From Nitrospinaceae bacterium (GTDB lineage Bacteria > Nitrospinota > Nitrospinia > Nitrospinales > VA-1), in the NCBI GenBank assembly GCA_029261655.1, contig JAJDAY010000025.1, forward strand, positions 36,390-100,389: 64,000 bases of DNA, written 5' to 3'. Positions within the stretch are counted from its first letter, which is position 1; every line of letters starts with the position of its first letter. The position numbers and the translations under genes were made by a program. The notes beneath the pieces are model-generated. The model was not told where the DNA came from, made no database searches, and saw only the letters and a list, made by a program, of their open reading frames with translations. Below, one piece after another: positions 56,825 to 64,000 of this stretch.

Positions 56825-58014
56825 TATTCAAGAATCTTATTTACAACTCCGGCCCCAACAGTGCGACCGCCTTCGCGAATCGCGAATCGAAGCCCCTCCG
56901 CCATAGCTACAGGAGTGATCAATTGAATTTCCAATCGAACATTATCGCCAGGCATGACCATCTCCACCCCTGAAGGAAGAGTCGCCACACCTGTAACATC
57001 CGTGGTCCTAAAATAAAATTGCGGTCGGTAGCCGTTGAAAAACGGAGTGTGCCGCCCACCCTCATCTTTGGTGAGGATATAAACTTCCGCGCTGAACTTG
57101 GTGTGCGGCGTGATGGTCCCAGGCTTGGCCAGCACCTGACCGCGCTCGATATCTTCCCGCTTGGTTCCACGCAACAGAATACCCACGTTTTCACCGGCGC
57201 GACCTTCATCCAGCAACTTGCGAAACATCTCAACGCCTGTGGCCGTGGTCTTCGTGGTGTCACGGAAACCGACAATCTCGACCTCCTCACCCACCTTGAG
57301 GATACCCGTCTCAATACGACCCGTCGCAACCGTTCCCCGACCGGAGATACTGAAAATATCTTCAATCGGCATCAGAAAGGGCTTGTCAACCGGACGATCA
57401 GGAACCGGGAAATATTCATCAAGAGCCGACATCAAGTCCCAGATGCACTTGGTTTTTTCCTCGTCATCGGGATTTTCCAGGGCATGCAAAGCACTTCCCC
57501 GAATGACCGGAACTTCATCCCCGGGAAACTCATACTTGTCCAGCAATTCCCGCACTTCAAGTTCAACCAGATCCAAAAGCTCAGGATCATCGACCATGTC
57601 CACTTTATTCATGAACACAATGATTTTGGGAACGCCGACCTGACGCGCCAAAAGAATGTGCTCGCGGGTCTGCGGCATCGGACCGTCCGACGCGTTCAAG
57701 ACGAGAATGGCTCCGTCCATTTGCGCGGCACCCGTGATCATATTTTTGACATAATCCGCATGGCCGGGGCAATCGACATGGGCGTAGTGCCGCTTTTCAG
57801 TGTTGTACTCAACATGGGCGATTGCGATCGTAATACCGCGTTCTTTTTCTTCCGGCGCTTTGTCGATCTGATCGAAGGCGATCGTTTCCGCAAAACCCTT
57901 CTTTGACAAAACTTCCGTGATCGCCGCTGTCAAAGTCGTCTTCCCATGATCCACATGACCAATGGTTCCAACATTCAAATGAGGTTTATCCCGGACAAAT
58001 TTTTCTTTTGCCAT
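56824..58014 (-). CDS. tuf: elongation factor Tu
   Basis: [22 protein letters not shown]. 1-nt TAATG overlap with rpsJ. Confidence 0.98.
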   Translation of the reverse strand: MAKEKFVRDKPHLNVGTIGHVDHGKTTLTAAITEVLSKKGFAETIAFDQIDKAPEEKERGITIAIAHVEYNTEKRHYAHVDCPGHADYVKNMITGAAQMDGAILVLNASDGPMPQTREHILLARQVGVPKIIVFMNKVDMVDDPELLDLVELEVRELLDKYEFPGDEVPVIRGSALHALENPDDEEKTKCIWDLMSALDEYFPVPDRPVDKPFLMPIEDIFSISGRGTVATGRIETGILKVGEEVEIVGFRDTTKTTATGVEMFRKLLDEGRAGENVGILLRGTKREDIERGQVLAKPGTITPHTKFSAEVYILTKDEGGRHTPFFNGYRPQFYFRTTDVTGVATLPSGVEMVMPGDNVRLEIQLITPVAMAEGLRFAIREGGRTVGAGVVNKILE

Positions 58015-58049
58015 GCCGATTCACTCCAAATATTGTTTTTTTATATTAA

Positions 58050-60149
58050 TTAGACCGTTAATTTTTCTTTGCCAGCCGCTTTAGCAACCAGCTCTTCCGC
58101 TATGGCCGCGGGAATCTGCTCATACTTAGAAAATTCCATCGTGTAAGTTGCCCGACCCTGAGTTGCCGACCTCAAATCCGTCGAATAGCCGAACATCCCG
58201 GAAAGCGGAACTTCCGCACGGATGACCTTAGCGCCGGACCGGTCGCTCAGATCGATTATCTTGCCGCGTTTGGAATTTAAATTCCCAATCACATCTCCCA
58301 TGAAATCCTCAGGAGTCACGACCTCAACCTCCATCACAGGCTCCAGCAAAACCGCACTGGCCTTGGTGCAAGCCTCTTTAAAAGCAATGGATGCACAAAT
58401 CTTGAAAGCCATTTCCGAGGAATCCACCTGATGAAAAGATCCATCCAGCAAGGTGACACCCACATCCACGACCTTGTTACCACAAAGAACCCCCCGCTCC
58501 ATCGTTTCCACGATCCCTTTTTGTACGGCGGGAATGAATTCCCGGGGAATGGCTCCACCCGTGATTTTATTCACAAACTCAAACCCGGTTCCAGCCTCCC
58601 TGGGCTCGACCTTAATCACGACATGCCCAAACTGACCACGGCCACCTGTCTGCTTCACATACTTGTAGCTATGCTCAACGCTCTTGGTGATCGTCTCTTT
58701 GTAAGCCACCTGAGGCTTGGAAACACTGACGTCCAAAGAAAACTCACGCCGCATCCGGTCGACGAGTATCTCAAGGTGCAATTCACCCATCCCGGAAATA
58801 ACCGTCTGATTGGTTTCCTTGTCCACCTTGACACTGAACGTGGGATCTTCCTGAAGGAGCTTGATGAGGCAATCGGACAATTTATCCTGCTCAGCCTTGG
58901 TTTTAGGCTCAATGGCCACAGATATGACAGGCTCGGGGAAAGTGATGGCCTCCAAAACAACCGGATTCTCCTGAACACACAAGGTATCGCCGGTAAAAGT
59001 CTTTTTGAGTCCGACTGCGGCGGCGATATCCCCCGCCTTCACGGACTGAACTTCCTCCCTTTTGTTGGCGTGCATCCTGAGAAGACGCCCCACCCGTTCG
59101 CGTTGATTTTTAGTGGAATTATAAACGTAGGACCCGCTCTTCAACTCTCCGGAATACACCCGGACAAACGCCAACTGCCCGACAAAAGGATCGGTCATGA
59201 TCTTAAAGGCCAGCGCCGCCAGAGGCTCCGCGGCATCGGGTTTTCGGACCATCTCTTCCTGAGTGTTGGGGTTCATCGCTTTGATCGGAGGAATTTCCTG
59301 AGGAGAAGGAAGGTAATGCACAACGGCGTCAAGCAACTGCTGCACGCCTTTATTTTTAAAAGCCGCCCCACAAAAAATAGGAGTGAACAACAACTCCAGA
59401 GTTCCCTTTCTGACAGCGGCAATCACTTCTTCCTCGGAAACCTCTTCGCCGCCGAGAAATCTCTCCATAATACTCTCATCAACATCTGACACCGCCTCCA
59501 TCAGATACTCTCTATATTCCCTGGCCAGCTCAAGACAATCATCAGGAATGTCCACCACATCGTAGACTTCTCCCTTGTCTTTTTTATCACTGTAAATATT
59601 GGCCTTCATGGACACCAGATCAATCAACCCGACAAAATCCGCTTCGCTGCCAATAGGCAATTGCAGAGCAACCGGATTTCCTTTCAGCCGATCTTTTATC
59701 TGCCCCATACAGTTCAGGAAATCCGCGCCCGAACGATCCATTTTATTGATGAAGCCCATCCGGGGAACCTCATACTTCGACGCCTGACGCCACACGGTTT
59801 CCGACTGCGGCTCAACACCGCCCACCGCACAAAATACTCCGATGGCCCCATCAAGCACACGCAAGGACCGCTCCACCTCGGCTGTAAAATCCACATGACC
59901 CGGGGTGTCAATGATATTGATCTGATGGTCCTTCCAAAAACAAGTCGTCGCGGCGGATGTGATCGTGATGCCCCGCTCCTGCTCCTGCTCCATCCAGTCC
60001 ATTGTGGCAGTGCCGTCGTGCACTTCGCCAATTTTATGGCTTCGCCCGGTGTAATACAAAATCCGCTCGGTCGTCGTGGTCTTACCCGCGTCGATGTGAG
60101 CGATGATTCCGATATTACGTCTTTTTTCTACCTGCAACTTTCCACTCAT
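58050..60149 (-). CDS. fusA: elongation factor G
   Basis: [25 protein letters not shown]. Confidence 0.98.
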   Translation of the reverse strand: MSGKLQVEKRRNIGIIAHIDAGKTTTTERILYYTGRSHKIGEVHDGTATMDWMEQEQERGITITSAATTCFWKDHQINIIDTPGHVDFTAEVERSLRVLDGAIGVFCAVGGVEPQSETVWRQASKYEVPRMGFINKMDRSGADFLNCMGQIKDRLKGNPVALQLPIGSEADFVGLIDLVSMKANIYSDKKDKGEVYDVVDIPDDCLELAREYREYLMEAVSDVDESIMERFLGGEEVSEEEVIAAVRKGTLELLFTPIFCGAAFKNKGVQQLLDAVVHYLPSPQEIPPIKAMNPNTQEEMVRKPDAAEPLAALAFKIMTDPFVGQLAFVRVYSGELKSGSYVYNSTKNQRERVGRLLRMHANKREEVQSVKAGDIAAAVGLKKTFTGDTLCVQENPVVLEAITFPEPVISVAIEPKTKAEQDKLSDCLIKLLQEDPTFSVKVDKETNQTVISGMGELHLEILVDRMRREFSLDVSVSKPQVAYKETITKSVEHSYKYVKQTGGRGQFGHVVIKVEPREAGTGFEFVNKITGGAIPREFIPAVQKGIVETMERGVLCGNKVVDVGVTLLDGSFHQVDSSEMAFKICASIAFKEACTKASAVLLEPVMEVEVVTPEDFMGDVIGNLNSKRGKIIDLSDRSGAKVIRAEVPLSGMFGYSTDLRSATQGRATYTMEFSKYEQIPAAIAEELVAKAAGKEKLTV

Positions 60150-60188
60150 GCTAAATAGTCACTCTTCGTATTTGGTTCCGATTAAAAT

Positions 60189-60659
60189 CTACCAGCGGTA
60201 ATGCGCAAACGCTTTGTTTGCTTCTGCCATCCGGTGCACTTCTTCCCGCTTTTTAATTGCGCCGCCCGCATTATTATAGGCGTCCACTATTTCACCTGTG
60301 AGCTTCTCCGACATGGTCTTTCCTGCGCGCGCTTTCGCGTTTTGAATCATCCAGCGGATGCTCAGCGCAATACGCCGACTCTCATTGACTTCGACAGGCA
60401 CCTGATAAGTCGCGCCACCCACCCGGCGGGACCGCACTTCCAGCATCGGAGCCGCGTTCTCAATCGCCTTGCGAAAGACCTTGACCGGGTCTTCCTTGAT
60501 CTTTTCGGCAACCGCGTCCAGAGCGGTATAAAACAATCTCTCCGCCAGACTCTTTTTTCCCTGCCTGAGGATATTATTGATAAACCGCCCGATAAGAATA
60601 TCGTTGTACCTGGGGTCGGGAACCACTTTCCGTTTTTGCGCTTCTCGTCTTCTTGCCAT
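60189..60659 (-). CDS. rpsG: 30S ribosomal protein S7
   Basis: MARRREAQKRKVVPDPRYN... Confidence 0.97.
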   Translation of the reverse strand: MARRREAQKRKVVPDPRYNDILIGRFINNILRQGKKSLAERLFYTALDAVAEKIKEDPVKVFRKAIENAAPMLEVRSRRVGGATYQVPVEVNESRRIALSIRWMIQNAKARAGKTMSEKLTGEIVDAYNNAGGAIKKREEVHRMAEANKAFAHYRW

Positions 60660-60692
60660 GACTGCCGTTTTCTATAGAACGATTATTAAAAA

Positions 60693-61070
60693 CTAAGAGG
60701 CTTTGGGCCTTTTGGTGCCATATTTGGATCGGCTCTGCTTCCTGCTCTCAACCCCAAGCGTATCCAGGGAACCCCGCACCACATGATACCGAACACCAGG
60801 CAAATCCTTCACCCGGCCGCCACGAATCATGACGATGGAATGCTCCTGCAGGTTATGCCCGACCCCGGGAATATAAGTTGTAACTTCCATGCCGTTCGTC
60901 AAACGAACCCTGGCAACTTTCCGCAAAGCCGAATTGGGCTTTTTCGGAGTGGAGGTATAAACCCTGACACACACCCCTCTTTTTTGCGGACAAGCTTTCA
61001 ACGCCGGACTGGCTGTTTTTTGCACCGGTTTTTTTCGACCGGACCTGACGAGCTGATTGATGGTTGGCAA
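60693..61070 (-). CDS. rpsL: 30S ribosomal protein S12
   Basis: [14 protein letters not shown]...[17 protein letters not shown]. Confidence 0.97.
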   Translation of the reverse strand: MPTINQLVRSGRKKPVQKTASPALKACPQKRGVCVRVYTSTPKKPNSALRKVARVRLTNGMEVTTYIPGVGHNLQEHSIVMIRGGRVKDLPGVRYHVVRGSLDTLGVESRKQSRSKYGTKRPKAS

Positions 61071-61240
61071 GTAACCCTCTCCTTAATATAAAAGCACAAA
61101 ATACGGGCAACCCGGCCTTGGGTTCCGCTCATGCCACAATAAAATCAAATGGTTGTAATTCGATTATTCGAGGCGTGGAAAGCCAGTGATTCTAGCATCC
61201 TTTTCAAATGAGTCAAGGAAAATACGCTGTTTATTATCGT

Positions 61241-64000
61241 TTATTCCACTTCCGCAGGAACCGGTTCCGGTTGCGTGTCGACCTCCTCTATTTCCGGCTC
61301 CTCAATACGGATATCGGAATAGGCGCGACAACCCGTCCCAGCGGGAATCAACCGACCCATGATCACATTTTCTTTTAGGCCGATCAGGTCATCGCGTTTG
61401 CCGCTGACGCTGACCTCGGTCAGCACTCGCGTCGTTTCCTGAAAAGACGCCGCTGAAATAAAACTTTCGGTACTGAGGGAAGATTTGGTGATCCCCAGTA
61501 GAACCGGCATTCCTTTTGCGGGTTTTTTCTTATTTTTTATAACTTCCTGATTCTTTTCATTGAAAACTTTTTTAGTCACCTGCTCACCCAGCAAAAAGTC
61601 CGTATCACCCGAATCCTCAATGACCAGGTGACGGAGCATCTGCCGAACAATCACTTCAATGTGCTTGTCATTGATGGCAACCCCCTGCAACCGATAAACC
61701 TCCTGCACCTCATTGACGAGATAGTTCTGCAACTCCTTCTCTCCCAACACCTTGAGGATATCGTGCGGGTTGGACGCTCCATCCATCAACGCTTCACCCG
61801 CGACCACTTCGTCGCCCTCATGCACATTGATGTGTTTTCCGCGCGGGATCAGATAATCGCATTCTTCCCCGGATTCGTTTTCTACAATGACCTTTCTCAT
61901 TCCCTTGACGAAACCGCCGAATTTTATTTTTCCGGAAATTTCCGCAATGGTCGCTTGCTCGTGAGGCTTCCTGGCCTCAAAAAGCTCGGCAACACGCGGA
62001 AGACCTCCGGTAATGTCCTTGGTTTTGGCCGACTCGCGCGGAATCTTGACGATGACATCGCCCGCGTTCACCTTGTCTCCCTCGTGAACATTGATGTGCG
62101 CGCCTGCAGGCAGAATATAACGGCGAAGAGTTTCCCCCTTGGCATCCTTTATGGAAACGCGGGGCTGTTTCTTTTCGTCTCGGTGACTGATGATGACCTT
62201 GGTGGAAAGACCGGTGATCTCATCGAAGTCCTCCTGCATGGTCAGGCCTTCAACCACGTCTCCAAAGGCGATGACGCCTTCGACTTCCGTCAGGATGGAA
62301 TTCGTATAGGGGTCCCATTCGACCAGGGTCTGATTTTTCTGAACTTCCTGGCCATCACTGACCTTCAGCTTGGCGCCATAAACCACCGAATATTTTTCTT
62401 TTTCCCGGCCGTTTTCATCCAGAATCATAAGATGACCGTTTCGGTTCATGACGATGATTTCTCCGGTCAAACTCTTGATGGTGCGCAACCCTTGATACTT
62501 CACCGTCCCGGTTCTTTTCGCGCTCAGGGTCGTTTGCTCAACCACCCGGCTTGCGGTGCCGCCAATGTGAAACGTCCGCATGGTGAGCTGGGTTCCAGGC
62601 TCGCCGATAGACTGGGCCGCGATGACGCCAACCGGCTCGCCCACTTCCACCCATTCCAGGGTGGCCATATTACGCCCATAGCATTTGACGCAAACTCCAG
62701 CTTTCGATTCGCAGGTGAGACAGGAGCGCAGTAAAACGCTTTCTATCCCGGCATTGTCTATTTCTTCCACCTTTTTTTCGTCGATCAGATCGTTTGCCCG
62801 AACCAGCACATCGTTGGTGAAGGGATCGATAACGTCCTCCAGCGCGGTTCTGCCGAGGATCCTTTCGTTGAGCGGCTGGATAATTTCACCGGCCTCAACG
62901 AGGGAGGAGACCAAAGCCCCTTTCATGGTGCCGCAATCCTCCTCATGAATGATGATATCCTGCGCGACATCCACCAGACGCCGGGTCAGATAACCCGAAT
63001 TGGCAGTTTTAAGGGCCGTGTCCGCCAGCCCCTTGCGCGCTCCGTGGGTGGAGATAAAATACTGGATGACCGACAAACCTTCACGAAAGTTCGCAGTGAT
63101 CGGTGTTTCGATGATCTCACCTGAAGGCTTGGCCATCAAACCGCGCATTCCAGCCAATTGACGAAGCTGTTGGGCGCTTCCCCTGGCCCCTGAATCGGCC
63201 ATAATGAAAATGGAATTAAAATCATGTTCGTCTTTCCCGGAACCACTGGCTTCATCTTCTTCTTCTAACTCACGAAACATCTCTTCGGAAACTTTTTCTG
63301 TCACATGGGCCCAGATATCGATGACCTTGTTATAGCGTTCTCCGTTTGTGATGAGCCCATCGCGGTATTGGTTGTACACCCGCAACACTTCGGTATTGGT
63401 TTCCTTAACCAGTTTTGCCTTGGCTTCGGGGATGCGCATTTGGTCGATGGAAATAGTCAGACCCGCTTCAGTGGCATACTTGAAACCTAATTTCTTAATA
63501 TCGTCCAAAACCAATACCGTTTTCTCGCTTCCCATCTTGAGAAACACTTTGGAGATCAGGTCGGAAAGCGATTTTTTATCCAAAAGCCGATTGGCCAGGG
63601 AAAAAGGCATTCCAGCGGGCAAAATATCCCCAATCATGACTCGTCCTGTGGTGGTTTGCTCCAGTTTGCCGTTGATCCTGACAAGAATTTTAGCCTGCAA
63701 ATCCAACTCGTCGGCGTCGAAAGCGGAAATCACTTCTCCGGGACCGGAAAATACTTTACCTTCCCCCTTCATTCCCCCCCGGGGTTTGGTCATGTAGTAA
63801 CACCCAAGCACCATGTCCTGAGAAGGCACGGCGATGGGCCGACCATTGGAGGGCGACAACACATTGTTGGACGACATCATCAACATTTTACATTCGACCC
63901 TGGCTTCCATGGAAAGCGGTACGTGAACGGCCATTTGATCGCCGTCAAAATCGGCGTTGAACGCTGTACAAACCAGGGGATGGATCTGAATGGCCTTGCC
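61241..64000 (-). CDS. rpoC: DNA-directed RNA polymerase subunit beta' (C-terminal ~920 aa; 5' end lies beyond the window)
   Basis: The frame stays open to the window edge. Residues just upstream of the track Met read [23 protein letters not shown], which includes the catalytic NADFDGD motif. Confidence 0.97.
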   Translation of the reverse strand, partial: GKAIQIHPLVCTAFNADFDGDQMAVHVPLSMEARVECKMLMMSSNNVLSPSNGRPIAVPSQDMVLGCYYMTKPRGGMKGEGKVFSGPGEVISAFDADELDLQAKILVRINGKLEQTTTGRVMIGDILPAGMPFSLANRLLDKKSLSDLISKVFLKMGSEKTVLVLDDIKKLGFKYATEAGLTISIDQMRIPEAKAKLVKETNTEVLRVYNQYRDGLITNGERYNKVIDIWAHVTEKVSEEMFRELEEEDEASGSGKDEHDFNSIFIMADSGARGSAQQLRQLAGMRGLMAKPSGEIIETPITANFREGLSVIQYFISTHGARKGLADTALKTANSGYLTRRLVDVAQDIIIHEEDCGTMKGALVSSLVEAGEIIQPLNERILGRTALEDVIDPFTNDVLVRANDLIDEKKVEEIDNAGIESVLLRSCLTCESKAGVCVKCYGRNMATLEWVEVGEPVGVIAAQSIGEPGTQLTMRTFHIGGTASRVVEQTTLSAKRTGTVKYQGLRTIKSLTGEIIVMNRNGHLMILDENGREKEKYSVVYGAKLKVSDGQEVQKNQTLVEWDPYTNSILTEVEGVIAFGDVVEGLTMQEDFDEITGLSTKVIISHRDEKKQPRVSIKDAKGETLRRYILPAGAHINVHEGDKVNAGDVIVKIPRESAKTKDITGGLPRVAELFEARKPHEQATIAEISGKIKFGGFVKGMRKVIVENESGEECDYLIPRGKHINVHEGDEVVAGEALMDGASNPHDILKVLGEKELQNYLVNEVQEVYRLQGVAINDKHIEVIVRQMLRHLVIEDSGDTDFLLGEQVTKKVFNEKNQEVIKNKKKPAKGMPVLLGITKSSLSTESFISAASFQETTRVLTEVSVSGKRDDLIGLKENVIMGRLIPAGTGCRAYSDIRIEEPEIEEVDTQPEPVPAEVE

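Noticed and set aside
9277-62734. Many long ORFs antisense to, or out of frame with, well-identified genes, e.g. 10891-11544, 12273-12872, 20581-21507, 39635-40378, 42682-43368, 57019-57906, 58431-59489, 61628-62734
   Set aside because: Each lies entirely within a gene that has unmistakable conserved motifs (polA, kdsD, the nuoF-like gene, rho, rpoA, tuf, fusA, rpoC). The translations are low-complexity R/G/H/F-rich sequences typical of antisense frames.
1-64000. CRISPR arrays, rRNA genes, IS elements, prophage or toxin-antitoxin modules
   Set aside because: I scanned for regularly spaced direct repeats and for transposase, integrase or Cas-like translations in the ORF track. None were seen. 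The only repeats are the short tandem duplications and the 0.7-kb gene triplication reported above.

Overview
This 64 kb window comes from a diderm bacterium. The diderm call rests on LPS and KDO genes (kdsD, a GT9 heptosyltransferase), lipoproteins and a CsgG-type outer-membrane channel. The phylum cannot be determined from the sequence alone.

The right third (about 41.8-64.0 kb, all on the minus strand) is an ordinary, very compact str-S10-spc-alpha ribosomal supercluster. Its order is rpoC (5' end cut by the window edge), rpsL, rpsG, fusA, tuf, rpsJ, rplC, rplD, rplW, rplB, rpsS, rplV, rpsC, rplP, rpmC, rpsQ, rplN, rplX, rplE, rpsN (Zn type), rpsH, rplF, rplR, rpsE, rplO, secY, adk, infA, rpmJ, rpsM, rpsK, rpsD, rpoA, rplQ. 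rpmD and map are missing from their usual slots. rpmJ is not in the ORF track because it is shorter than 60 aa.

The middle of the window holds housekeeping genes: polA, kdsD, alaS, tRNA-Arg(CCG), pepA, murA, prmC, prfA, rpmE, rho and hutI. These are interspersed with accessory genes: a pentapeptide-repeat protein, two tandem RI-type LRR proteins, TPR proteins, an orphan NuoF-like flavoprotein, a family-5 substrate-binding protein, a Wzx-like flippase and an NHLP-like peptide.

The most unusual locus is at 2.8-6.9 kb. It is a minus-strand gene string with three parts. First comes a secreted Asn/Thr-rich protein. Next is a CsgG/HfaB-family lipoprotein channel. Last are three tandemly duplicated Asn/Asp-rich secreted paralogs, each followed by a conserved pair of RNA hairpins. 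The paralogs lack canonical curlin repeats, and no csgD/E/F/B/A-like genes are evident. I interpret the locus as a candidate uncharacterised CsgG-dependent (type-VIII-like) fibre or amyloid secretion system.

No CRISPR arrays, transposases, integrases or rRNA genes were seen. All functional calls come from reading the translations by eye. No database search was run.
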